64,000 nucleotides of DNA from Octopus vulgaris (GCA_951406725.2 OX597827.1:76880001-76944000); one strand, 5' to 3'; positions 24,080-36,563 are shown, counted from the first letter of the stretch. Translations and numbers: made by a program. The notes: generated from the sequence alone by a model not told the origin.

Positions 24080-26215
24080 TTATCCCAATGGAATCTTATG
24101 AGACATGGAATAAAAATTCTTGAGTAACTCCAAAACCTGATACAACAGATCTTATTAAAGATACTGAAGAATTTTGTTGAAAACTTTGGTTATAGGAATT
24201 CTTTGTAAAGAAAGATTATGAAGATCCATCAGTTGTATAAAAACAAAATCGGATTTAAATCTCTGACGAACAGGAATAAACACTTAGAGGGGTATGTAAT
24301 GGGTTTGAAAAGAGGAGCATTCCAGAAAAAATGGCATAAAATCAAATATGACAAAGAGAAAATAGCAATGGAATGTCTATGGAAAGATTCTTTTAAAGTC
24401 ATTAAAGAAGCTGGCAAAGGAGGAGCCATTGTAATAATGGATGAGACCCATTAAAAGGAAATGGTCTTAGAACAATTGAATGACCAGCATTTCTACAAAG
24501 AAAAAATTTTTTTTAAAAATATATTGGAAAACAAACAATGAACAAAACTAGAAAATTACTGGACAAAATCAAAAGCAATTTGGTTGAAAATGAGTTGTGT
24601 TATTTAATTCTGAAGAAAAAAAAAAAACAAGCAATTTTTATGGATTACTGGAAATTCATAACAGCTTAGATCTTCATATACCACATGTAAAAATTCTCGA
24701 AACTAATTTAAAATTCAACTCAATTGTTAAAGGACAAATATCATGCAAATTGACTTTTAGTTTCATCGGAGAGGACATGGACTTTTAAATCACTTTCCAG
24801 AAAGATAGTGATGATCCCGATTAGTGTTAATGTGACCAGCCTCTACAGAAATACCCTTGTGAGTAGGAGAAATTCTCAAAACAATACATACAAGAAGGAT
24901 TATGATTGGTGCTAGGATACAACTACTTTTTTGATAATCAATACTACCTTTAAATAAAAGGAACAGCAATGGTCACAGGAGTTGCACCAACATTTACAGC
25001 TCTAATGATGGGAGTCAGAGAAGTAAAATAACCCGTTTGCTCTGGATTATTTTCAATCAGCATTTCTAATCCCATTTACAAGGAAACTGAAAAAGATTCT
25101 TGGTAAAGTATTTTGAAACAGAAATAAGGAAGACCTTACAAGATTCCATGAATTTACTAATCCAATTTGGAATGGAATAGAAAAGGAATTTCTTTTTCAG
25201 GATATTTTGATAATTAACAAGACTATTGCAACTGCTCTCTACTGCAAGAACATGGACACACACGATACTTAGACTTTAGGTTTTGCCATCCATTCCAGAC
25301 AAAAAGAAATATGTCATATGGCAAGAGGGATATGTACAATAACTAAAAATATTCCTCCAGAACAAAAAGTATAAAAAAATAAATAAATAAAGAGTCATCA
25401 TCATCATCATCGTTTAACGTCCGCTTTCCATGCTAGCATGGGTTGGACGGTTCAACTGGGGTCTGGGGAGCCCGAAGGCTGCACCAGGCCAGTCAGATCT
25501 GGCAGTGTTTCTACAGCTGGATGCCCTTCCTAACGCCAACCACTCCGAGAGTGTAGTGGGTGATTTTATGTGCCACCGACACAGGTGCCAGACGAGGCTG
25601 GCAGACGGCCACGCTCGGATGGTGTTTTCTTATGTGCCACCGACACAGGTGCCAGACGAGGCTGGCGAACGGCCACGCTCGGATGGTGTTTGTTACGTGC
25701 CCTCAGCACGGAGGCCAGTCGATGTGGTACTGGCTACGGTCACGTTCGGATGGTTTTCTTATGTGCCACCAGCACTGGTACATATTATTAACAGTTGAAG
25801 GCAACCATCAAATCTTAAGAGATTCTTAAAAAAAGGTAAAATTGTTATTAGAAGAAAAAGTATGCAGGTAACAAAAAGCAAAGGCCTTCATTATAGGACA
25901 TGTGACTTGATTGAACAGAGTAAAATCAAAAAGTTCAAGAACAGAAAAGAATTTAAGGTTAATGCAAAACAAAAGAATCTCATTTACTGTCTTACATATT
26001 TACAATACAATGGGAACTATATCAGCCAAACAGGAACAAAATTAATGGACAGAGTTAGGACACATAAACAACAAATCAAAAGTATGTCTGTTAGGATTGT
26101 CCCATGTAGTGAACATCTAGACAATTAGGCAAATGGCAAATTCAAAATTAAACAATTATGAAAAGCAAAGGACGAATATTTAATTAAGATATTCAATCTG
26201 AAACTAAGCCAGAAA
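24080..26215 (+). mobile_element. Decayed Penelope-like retroelement (RT plus GIY-YIG endonuclease)
   Basis: Motifs in the expected order: IKEAGKGGAIVIMD, SNFYGLLEIHN, VNVTSLY, IKGTAMVTGVAPTF, YLDFRFCHP, NLIYCLTY...NYISQTGTKLMDRVRTHKQQI. Many stops and frameshifts; catalytic DD not seen. Confidence 0.9.
25396..25780 (-). mobile_element. Family C retroposon with internal 63-66-bp tandem units, inserted in the Penelope-like element
   Basis: (CAT)n on + strand; units start at 25568, 25632, 25695 and 25761. Confidence 0.92.
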
Positions 26216-28943
26216 TAGTGATGACCACTACCAAAAGTAATTACTTCTATACAGATTACAGCATAGAAAATTTTGCCTTACAAATCTATTCTATCAGATC
26301 TGTATTATATTTACTATTTTTTAAAGATTTTTTTCTTTATATAATTAATACTTTTCTGAATCTTGTGAATTCATCAAAGCATATTTCTTTAAGTTTTAGA
26401 TATCACACACACACAAATAATGGCTACTGTAATGTCCAGCTCTACACTAAACTTAAGCAACTCTTGTTTCTCCTCCTCTCAACACTTTTACTGAGTCTCA
26501 CCTTCCAAATCCTGTACTAAACCCTTCCCCACTCCTTCCTCTCCAGAACCCCATTCTCAGCCACAGAAACATCAACATCTGCTATGTCTATCTCAACAGT
26601 TTTGAAGGAAGTGAAAACTGCATGGTTCACTGCCCTGTCATATCTGAGAGGGACCGAAAAGCCCACGGTTCACTGTCCTGCTAAGTCTCAGTGTAGTGTC
26701 AATTGCCTTATCATGTCAAACAATCTCATATAATGAAATTGACAAAACATGTCAACCCTGATGAAACACACATTCAAAACCATTTCAGCCATAACTACTT
26801 CATCTTTCACTAAAGCACAATTTATCTCAGACTTCAATTATCTTAGAATGTCCATTCTTTATTAGGATGGATGCAATTTGGCTGCTATTTCCAGCAAGTC
26901 AAACAACTCAGGAGTCATTCCTAATGTGTCTGATCTTTATGGCCATCCCCCCACCACACAGACACACAACAATGGACTGGAAACTCGGCCATACTTTCAA
27001 ATATTTGGCAGAAATCACCTGAATTTCTCCGGCCGTGTTTTGCTTCTTTTATAGTGGTGTGACACATCTCCTGACCTTTTGCAGTCGATCCGTCCTTCCT
27101 CTCAGGCCAGAGAGAGAGATTTACATGGCTGATGTTCACCGTGAAGCTCCTACAGGTCAATGACTGCAGAGAAGTAAAGCTCACCTAAAAATAGACACTG
27201 GTGTAGAAATATTTAGCTCCAACAGAGCCACACAACGAGCGCTGCTCGGATCAATATCTGAATCAGCCACTTACTTCTGCCATTATTCTGGTTTCTCCAT
27301 ACAAACTGAGTGACATTTTTCTTTAATGTCAGCTTCAGAAATCTTTCAATATCGTACAACAGTGTTATTCTCTTCATCAACCATGTATATTGACTGTTGT
27401 TCATTTAATGCAACACACACACACACACACACACACATACACACTAATGTACTTCAAGAGATACTGGAATCAAATTCTTTAATTATCTCCACATAAAGCA
27501 GAGGTGTCCACCTCATTTTGGTTCAGCAAATGAGATGAAAGCATACACAAGACCTTGCAAGGTGGATAGGGGCAGTTATTCCTTAAGACCCATTTTATAA
27601 TGTAGGTCAAAAAACAAGGATAAAGGGGGTTGGTATTATGAACATCATTCTAACGTTTGCTTTTCCATTCTTGCATGCCGAGAGCATGTTCGGGGCACTT
27701 GTTTTCTACAGCCGGATGCCTTTCCTGTTGCTGACCCTCACCATCTTCCAAGGGAGGTAATAACTACCCAGTCAACAGAACAACATCCAGGGACGCGTTT
27801 AAGCAGAGAACTGGAAACAAACGACACCATTTGATTGAGCTTTTTGTATTCAAAGATCATGCAATATGTTAAAACGTGTCAAGAAGCCTGGATGTTCTTT
27901 GGTTGGGGAACTGCAAGCAAATGACACCATCAGTGAAGCCATTGTTTACAAGAGTCAATGGACACACATGACGGAAAGGGAAGTACACGTTCATACTCAT
28001 ACACACATATATATACACACACAAACCGACTTTTTTTCAGTTTCCGTCTCCAAATCCACTCACAAAGCTTTGGTCAGCTCCAGGGTTATAGTAGAGGACA
28101 CTTGCCCAAGATGCCATACAGTGGGACTGATCCTGAAACCATGGGCTTGGGAAGTAAACCTTTTTTGCCGCACAGCCCTGTACATTTATGTTTACCATGC
28201 CCCTAGGACACAGGGGACATGTTCACTAAAAACATATAGGTTGTTACTTCCAGGTTTCTACTCTATTTGCTTACTACAAAGGGTTTAACATACCTTATAA
28301 GACAAAAAAACGGAAAGAATGTGATGCATTAGTAAAGTTTGTGTGTAGAGATATTCACACAATATTCACCAACAGGGTATCTATATACATGTGTGTGTGT
28401 GTGTATATATATATATACATATATATATATATCGTTAAACTGTTGTATGTCCAAATTTGGCCAGATGTGTTTTGTTTTTTTCAATATTAAATTTTGTTTG
28501 CAATAGCTGGTTCTTTTGGTCAAACTATCGTATCTCCAGCTCAAATGGTGTGTGTGGGTGTGTGTGTGTATATACACAGCTCACTCAAATGGCGTATATA
28601 TATATATGTGTGTATATACCACTGACAAAGCATTGATGAAGCCTAGTTTATAATTAGAAAATACTTGCCCAAGGTACTATGCAGTGGTGGATTGAACCTG
28701 GAACCACATGGCCCACAAAGTGAACTTTGTAAGCACACAGCCATCACAGCCACGCCTGAGCCTATGCACTGGTGTTGGTTTGTTTAGCACTGACTGAGTG
28801 AATATAAATGAAGACTGTTGCTAATATGTAACAGCTTAGATAAACACAATAAACACACCATACACTTTATACATGAGACAAGTGAGAGGGGGGAGGGGAG
28901 AGAGTCCATTGTGAAATGGTTTTTACACCCCCCTCTCTGTACA

Positions 28944-28976
<33 letters not shown>

Positions 28977-29039
28977 TTATGGGTACACACACATACACAC
29001 AGAGTAGGTCAACGAAGTATGTTTTGGTGATCAATTTAC

Positions 29040-29402
29040 CTTAGTCATTGGACTATGGCCAGCTGGGGCACTGGCCTGAGAGATTTTTAGTCAAACAAAT
29101 CAATCTCTGCATTAATTTTCTTACAATTGCTACTAATTATTCTATCAGTCTCCTCTGCCAAAGTTATGGGGACAGAAACAAACCAACGCCGGTTGTCAAG
29201 CGGTGGAGAGGACAAATACAGACACACAGACACGAGTGTGTGTGTGTGTGTGTGTAATGTTTCTATCTACTAAAATTCACTGGTAAAGCTTTGATCAGCC
29301 CAGGGCTATAGAAGAAGAGACTTGCCCAAGGTGCCACACTAAGGAACTGAACTCAGAACCATGTGGTTGTTAACTGAGCTGGTTAACCCCACAGCTGTGC
29401 TT
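29040..29402 (-). mobile_element. SINE family A, degenerate
   Basis: Similarity to the consensus. Confidence 0.8.
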
Positions 29403-29643
29403 GTGAGAAATAGCAGCCAAACTCCCCCAACCTTATAGAAAGAGAGTCAATGAACCTTACCCACTTATATAAAGGGAGATACTGAATAATATAGTAATGC
29501 TTAGAAATACACAAAAAATGGCCACAGCTGGTATGGTTTTCATCATAATGCTACCAGTTCAACAACAATAACCTTAATATACTTTTATAGTGCTTGTAAG
29601 CTGAGAGAGAAAGCATGATATCTGCTTTTATACATAAATACAT

Positions 29644-30022
29644 ATGGGCATGGAATCACTGAAGCTCCGGCGTCTGGCGACGGACTTGGTAAACACCCAC
29701 AGAGTTATCAACCACTTCACCAACAACAACACTGAACACCTTTTTGATCTCCATGTGTCTAACACACGTGGACATGCCTACAAAGTCAGAAAACAACACA
29801 GCTCCCATGACTTTCGGAAACATTTTTTCACGCTCAGAGTTGCTGAAGCATGGAATAAACTGCCTGCGTCAGTTGTTGACTGCCATGACACTGCATCCTT
29901 TACGGCCCTCATGCTTTCCGAAATCCGCCGAAACTACACCTAATTATATATACACTTTAGATGAGTTGTAGTGCACCTGAGCACTGTACACAATGTTTTA
30001 TTATTATTATTATTATTATTAT
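29644..30022 (+). mobile_element. CR1-type LINE 3' end with (TAT)n tail
   Basis: SLKLRRLATDL...NTRGHAYKV...RKHFFTLRVAEAWNKLPASVV is the CR1 ORF2 C-terminal motif. Confidence 0.92.
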
Positions 30023-30524
30023 CATATTGCTTTAAGATCCATGGCATATTTTGTAAATGTGCCTGTTCAAGTATCATAAAGGCATGAAACTAATGGTAGC
30101 TCTTTCAGTTGTGTGTTTAAATTTTTATACTCTGCTGAGTGGTTGGTGTTAGGAAGGGCAGTCACAGGAGTGTGGTGCAGGCTTCTACCTGGCCGGCTCT
30201 TGTGAAACCATCCAACCCATGCTAGCATGGAAGGTGGATAGCTGACCACCTCTCTGCTTATGCCAACCCGGAGAGTGTGGTGCAGGTGGGGGGGGGTCTG
30301 ATGCTCACCAGAACAGCTCCCTCTAGGGGTGAGAGTCCGCAGCAAGCATAACAACTATTTTACAGCTGGAAACCACTGACGTAAGTTTCCCAAATAAAAT
30401 CATGAAACTTCAGACTTTGGCAACGGAGGTCCATGATCAAAGATGCCTGTAGACATGACACATGGAGAGAGAGAGAGAAGTGTGTGTCTCTGTGTGTGTA
30501 CTACATATATATATATATATACTC

Positions 30525-30918
30525 CTTACTCCTTTACTCTCCTTTACTTGTTTCAGTCATTTGACTGTGGCCATGCTGGAGCACCGTCTTTAGTCGAGCA
30601 AATCGACCCCGGGACTTATTCTTTGTAAGCCCAGTACTTATTCTATCGGTCTCTTTTGCCGAACCGCTAAGTGACGGGGATGTAAACACACCAGCATCGG
30701 TTGTCAAGCAATGCTAGGGGGACAAACACACACAGGCATATATATATATATATATATATACGACAGGCTTCTTTCACTTTCCGTCTACCAAATCCACTCA
30801 CAAGGCATTGGTCGGCCCAGGGCTATAGCAGAAGACACTTGCCCAAGATGCCATGCAGTGGGACTGAACCCGGAACCATGTGGTTGGTTAGCAAGCTACT
30901 TACCACACAGCCACTCCT
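30525..30918 (-). mobile_element. Full-length SINE family A
   Basis: Near-consensus reverse complement. Confidence 0.93.
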
Positions 30919-30919
30919 G

Positions 30920-30959
<40 letters not shown>

Positions 30960-31097
30960 GCATATATATGGTCTTCATAGATGACAGAAGTGGTTGGCAA
31001 CTGATCAAAGGTGATTAATCTTATTTAAATATCTGTGCATAAATACACACACACAACCAGAGTGAATCATAGTTGCAAGCAATGTGTACAAACTTAC

Positions 31098-31107
31098 AGC
31101 TGACAGA
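31098..31107 (-). other. Candidate 10-nt microexon (TCTGTCAGCT)
   Basis: Minus strand reads TTTATTTTCGTTTTCACAG|TCTGTCAGCT|GTAAGT, with a branch-like CTGAC about 45 nt upstream. Confidence 0.45.
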
Positions 31108-31344
31108 CTGTGAAAACGAAAATAAACCTACACCCTTCCACACACACACCAGTCAGCTTTGTTGCTACCAACCGACACAAACAAGTCTATTCCTGCGCAT
31201 TGCTTGGGATATAAAACTTAGTGTGAGAACCCGAGAGGGACCATGGTGAATGAAGACAACTGATAGCTCTGTGATAAACTGGACATGTATTCCACTGTGT
31301 GTATACACAAACACACACACATCATCATCATCATCATCATCATT

Positions 31345-31590
31345 TTAATGTTTTAGCATTTAAACTGGCCATATCAGGCCCAGATATGCCCCCCACCCCA
31401 TTTTATGTTTAAACTGGCCATATCAGGCCCAGATATGCCCCCCACCCCGTTTTATGTTTAAACTGGTCAGATCTGGCCTCTTACACCTATCCTACAATTT
31501 CATTCCAAAAATAAACAGTTACACCATCGAAATCTGGACGCTACAAGATAATGGTAGGATTAATTCAAAACAATAGGAATAGATAAGATA
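31345..31590. mobile_element. Degenerate family H-like MITE with an internal duplication of about 50 bp
   Basis: tttaaactggccatatcaggcccagatatgccccccacccc occurs twice. Confidence 0.7.
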
Positions 31591-31611
31591 TATATACACC
31601 CATACACACAA

Positions 31612-31772
31612 TGGGCTTCTTTCAGTTTCTGTCTACCAAATCCACTCACAAGTCTTTGGTTGGCCCTAGGCTATAGTAGAAGACACTTGCCCAAGGTACC
31701 ACACAGTGGGACTGAACCTGGAACCATATGGTTGGGAAACAAGCTTCTTACCACAAAGCCATGCCTGTGCCT
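31612..31772 (-). mobile_element. SINE family A, 5' half
   Basis: Consensus match. Confidence 0.88.
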
Positions 31773-31913
31773 ATATGTTAATAGAATCAATAGTGGAAAG
31801 TTAATGTTATTTCATATGTAGGTCCCCAAGAAGCCAAATATGAGGTGAGAGAAGAACATTACAAATCAATGACTAATAATTTCATTTCTTCATATGTACA
31901 CAATTATCATCCT

Positions 31914-31957
31914 CCCTAGATATGTTTCAGTATTATTCTGACCTCTTCAGCAAAAGA
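31914..31957 (-). ncRNA. Degenerate hammerhead-ribozyme-like motif (homolog of 36498)
   Basis: CUUUUG-CUGAAGA-GGUCAGAAUAAUACU-GAAA-CAUAU-C-UAGGG; helix I is mostly G-U pairs. Confidence 0.5.
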
Positions 31958-32214
31958 TCAGCTTCACCAGAGTTGCTGAAAATAGTGTTTATTGAATGAC
32001 AGCTACTGAGTTGTAGGACCAACCTTCACTACTAATAGCTTTACAGTCAAGCTATATAATTCCAGTTTCCTCAACCAACCAAGGGAAAAACAAAAGCCAT
32101 TTCAGTTGTTAAGCAATCTTTTTGTCAGTTGTTTTTTTTTGGTCCTAATAGTAAATATCTAAATTTGCAGACGTATCAAACCCATGGATTACAAGTAAAA
32201 ATCTCATTTACATC

Positions 32215-32500
32215 TTTTATCATTTGTTTCAGTCATTAAGACTACAGCCATGTTGGGGCACCACCTTGAATTTTTGCTTTTAGTCGAATGAATCGGTCTC
32301 AGGCCTTATTTTTTAAGCCTATCAGCCTCTTTGGCCAAACTGCTAAGTTACAGGGACTCAAACACACCAACACTGGTTGTCAAGCTGTTGTGGGGGACGA
32401 ACCCACACAAACACACGAGGGCTTCTTTCAGTTTCCCTTTACCAAATCCTCTAATAGGGTTTTGGTCAGTTGGAGGCTATAGCAGAAGACACTTGCCCTA
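32215..32500 (-). mobile_element. SINE family A, degenerate
   Basis: Consensus match. Confidence 0.8.
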
Positions 32501-32519
32501 TAGCTTGATTAGATAAAAT

Positions 32520-32790
32520 ACCCGAGATGTAAAAAGTAATGAGATCAGGAAATCCTCTCCAGGTTGAGCTACCACTCCTCATTGAGAAGTCACAGCTGCA
32601 GAACAACAGACATGCGATTAGAATGTCATAGGAAAGAATTACAAGAGATTCTTCAAGCCAAACCAATTGGCAGGAAACCTAGAAGGAGACCAAGAATGTG
32701 TTGGTTGGATAACATCCGTTCTCGGTCACACTTGGGAATCCCTCCAGAGAGGGTAATCATGGTTGCTTCTGAGAGAGGATCCTAGGAGGA
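32520..32790 (+). mobile_element. RTE-clade LINE 3' fragment
   Basis: ILQAKPIGRKPRRRPRMCWLDNI...LGIPPERVIMVASER. Confidence 0.75.
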
Positions 32791-33608
32791 GGAGATGGAT
32801 CCATCCCAGCATCGGTTGTCAGGCGCTGTTCGAGGGACAAACACACACACACACATATATGAGAGGCTTCTTTCAGTTTTCATCTACCAAATCCATGCAC
32901 AAGGCTTTGGTCGGCCCAAGGCTTTAGTAGATGACACTTGCCCAAGATGCCACACAGTGGGACTGAACTCGGAACCATGAGGTTCGTAAGCAAGCCACTT
33001 ACCACAAAGCCATACTGGACAAGGAAATATTAATCATGTCTGCACCACAGTTAATTATATAACATTAATGATGTTATATTAATTAAATATTGATTTTGGC
33101 ACAAGGCCAACAATTTGAGGGGAAGGGGCTAAGTTGAGTACACTGACCCCAGTGCTGAACCGCTTTTTACTGACCCTAGTGACATTTGAACTTAGAATGT
33201 CAAGTCAGACAAAATGCCGCTAAACATTTTGCCCAACACAGTAACAATTCTGCCAGCTCACCACTCGAATAATTAAGATCTTCAAAAATTAACATTGCAG
33301 AGAAAGAAAATAAATCCAGCAGAAACAGAATTAATACTGTTAAAGTTATCTTACAGCCAAAACACAACTCTCCCCTACTCCGCACTGGAATCCCCAATTT
33401 ACCCCCCTTGTAATTCTGAAACTTCTCTCAAGTTAAAACTTGCTGATTAAAACCGATGATGCATAATATGATTCAAGTGGTCCATGCCACAGTTTTGGGG
33501 ACCCCTAACAAGATTTTTGTCCTTCTGCCCACTCAGTGAAATGCTTGGTGTTAGAAAGGACATCGCCATAGACACCATGCTAAGAGGGAAACACACAAGC
33601 AAGATGTA

Positions 33609-34130
33609 CCGTAAATCTTCGAGTATAATCTGCATTTTTTCCCCAAAATTTAGAGGTCAAAATCCCTAGTGTGTAACATATACGAGGTTAAAAATGAAAG
33701 ATATTTTCTCAGCAATGTCCGAGTCTCTATTTGCTGTCCAGCAATGTTTATTTAGACGCATTTTGTGATGTCGGGCGCGAAAATACCTTAAGCTAAGCCT
33801 GAAAGCAATGAAGTCATAAAAGAATCATCCATAACTAACCCTAATCCTAATTTATTAAAATAAAAGTATTCAAAACAAAGAATAAGATATAGCAAAAACA
33901 ATTTGCAAACATATTTACATTCCCATATAACAGTTAAGAACATCACCATTATTGTATTACGCATGCACGGAAGTGTTTGTTCGACTAGGTGCTACTGGCT
34001 TAATTACGCACGACTCAACTTAGAGAAGGAGTGCATATTATACACAAGGTTTAGGTTTTTCACAGGTACAGCCTCCTAAAAATCCCCTGCGTATTATACT
34101 CAAGGGCGGACTATACTCAAAGATTTACAG
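33609..34130. mobile_element. Non-autonomous Tc2/pogo-like DNA transposon
   Basis: TA|CCGTAAATCTTCGAGTATAATC ... GACTATACTCAAAGATTTACAG|TA inverted termini with TA flanks. Confidence 0.85.
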
Positions 34131-34959
34131 TAGTCTTTTTAGATCAGGAGTGCCAACAAATATGTGCTGACACTTACCACAGTACCATGCCTAACCCATG
34201 CCAGCATGGAATGAAGATGTAAAACGATGATGATGATATTTTGGATTTTCAAAGGGCGAACCATGAGGTTTACTTCATGAATTTTGTGGATGACCTTCTG
34301 AAAAAGATTGAGGGTTGCAATAGGAATATGAATATTAAAACGATGAGAATGACAAGGGTTTCTTCACTCAGTAAACCAAGCTGTCAGGGGAAATCACCAA
34401 AAATGGCACTTTACCCTGACGGTGCCACATCTCACACAGCATGAAATATAAACAATGCACCTGATTAAAGCTTTATGGTTCTAATCAGAGACAGAACTAT
34501 AAATAGCTCTATCTTTTAGAGTTCTAATGACTAATCTCTATTTCAAATGCATTTATCACTGTTGCACAAAGCTTATCATGTGTGTGTGTGTGTCCGTGTG
34601 TCCACCTTGACATCACGTCAAAATGACAACTGTAAACATCACCATCATACAAGTGATGTTGTTTATTTCCAGCCTCCTGAGGAAAACATCTGCCATGCAG
34701 AAATATTACCTTGCTTGGAAATGGGTGGGCATTGGCAACAAGGACATCCGGCAATAGAAAATTTGTCTGATCTGACCATAGAAAATTGGACCCATAAAAG
34801 TATGGAAAAGTGGACATGATGATGATGATGCAACTAAAGCATCCTCCTGCCCCTCTCTTCCCCCTTACCATTTGTACCACATCCCATTGTCATTCTTTAA
34901 CCACTGACTATTTACAACACTCTCGCACTACACACACATACACAACTGAGAGAACCCCG

Positions 34960-34999
<40 letters not shown>

Positions 35000-35159
35000 C
35001 GGGGTTCTCTCAGTTTCTGTCTCACAAGGCTTTGGTCGGCCTGAGGCTATAGTAGACAACACTTGCCCAATGTGCCACACAGTAGGACTGAACCCAGAAA
35101 CATGTGGTTGGTAAGTGAGCTACTTACCACATAGCCACTCCTGCGTCTATATATATATA

Positions 35160-35420
35160 GTTGTATTTCGGAATGGTCATTTTGCCAGTTTAGCCAATAA
35201 AAACACAGACACACACTATATATTTGGTGTTACTTTGCTTCAGCGTTATTTATTTTTTACATTAATCTTAATCTTATTTCGGACAGAATTCTTTCGTCAC
35301 ACTCCTGTGACCTCATCAGTGGTCCCTTGCTTTCTTTCTTATTTGTGTGTCTCTCCTTACTAACGGTCAGCCATTTTGTATTTTGTATTCCTATTGTATG
35401 TGTCTTCATTTGCGCATGCA
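35160..35420 (-). mobile_element. Short repeat carrying a hammerhead motif (Penelope-terminus/retrozyme-like); homolog at 63525-63712
   Basis: Shared aataaa.acac..acacacactat...tatttg flank and the ribozyme motif. Confidence 0.6.
35281..35326 (-). ncRNA. Minimal type-I hammerhead ribozyme candidate
   Basis: GGGACCA-CUGAUGA-G-GUCACA(GGAG)UGUGAC-GAAA-GAAUU-C-UGUCC: intact core, 6-bp helix II, helix I with one bulge. Confidence 0.75.
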
Positions 35421-35454
35421 TATACCTCTATGCTTAGTTAGTGTGTGGGCGGGG

Positions 35455-35903
35455 CGATGAGGTGGGGAAGCATGACCTTCAAACGTTGGGCCTCACAGAG
35501 GTGATGGCAAGTGATTGAGACCTTTGGAGATATGCTGTGCTTGAGAAGACCTGACAAGCCAAGAGAGATCATAACCATGGACTATGCCAGTGCAGCATAA
35601 CCAGCCCATTTAAGAGTACTCTTCAATTATTGGGCAATAAACTGTGCTTGTGAAGACCTGTTGAGTCAAGTAAAGTCATTGTCATGGCTGATGCCAGTAC
35701 TGCCTGACTGGTTCCTGTGCCAGTGGCATGTAAAAAGCACCATTCAAGCGTGGTTGGTGCTAAGATGGGCATCCAGCAGTAGGAATCTTGTCAGATCAGA
35801 TTAGAGCCTGGTGCAGCCTCCTGGCTTCCCAGACCCCAGTTGAACCATCCAACCCATGTCAGCATGGAAAGCGGACATTAAATGATTACAATGACAATGA
35901 TGA
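35455..35903 (+). mobile_element. Long family C retroposon copy
   Basis: Extended 5' part plus the standard C 3' end. Confidence 0.8.
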
Positions 35904-36497
35904 TATATATATATATCTTTTATCTTTCACTTGTTTCAATCACTAGACTGCGGCCAAGCTGGGGCACCGCCTTCAAAAATTTTAATTGAATGAATCGATC
36001 CCAGTACTTTTTTTTTTAAACTTGGCACTTATTTTAACGGTCTCTTTTGTTGAACCACTAAGTTACAGGAACGTATACACTCCAACACCAGTTGCATCTG
36101 TCACTGGACTGGGGCCATACTGGAGCACCACTGCATCATCTCAAATGGTTTAGTCAATCAAATTGATTCCAATGCGTATTACTCTCTTTCTGTCAAACCA
36201 CTAAGTCATCAGACATAAACAAAGCCACCGCTTAACGAGCAATTGTCAAACAGTAATAAACAAACACACACTTGTGTGTGTGTGTGTACATGTAGTATGT
36301 GTATGTGGTGGACAAACTGGCTACACAAGTGCTTCTTCTAGCCACTCTTTCAACATAACAACCAACGTAATCCACACTTAAGGTTATAAATACACTCAGT
36401 GTCAGATATTATATTTCCTGACATTGACAAATGCAATCTGATATGCTTAACTTTAGTAAGTCATTCATCACTACTTCAACAGTATAGTAAAAGCTAT

Positions 36498-36541
36498 GCT
36501 TTGCTGATGAGGTCAGAATACCACAGAAATCTGTCCAAAGT
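36498..36541 (+). ncRNA. Minimal type-I hammerhead ribozyme candidate
   Basis: GCUUUG-CUGAUGA-GGUCAGAAUACCACA-GAAA-UCUGU-C-CAAAGU: intact core, GUC triplet, 6-bp helix I, weak helix II. Confidence 0.7.
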
Positions 36542-36563
36542 TATCTCCTATCTTCTTTCAATG

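Noticed and set aside
26700-26795. Hammerhead remnants downstream of the Penelope-like element (CTGATGA at 26758; AAAACATGTC)
   Set aside because: No intact GAAA with supporting helices can be assembled.
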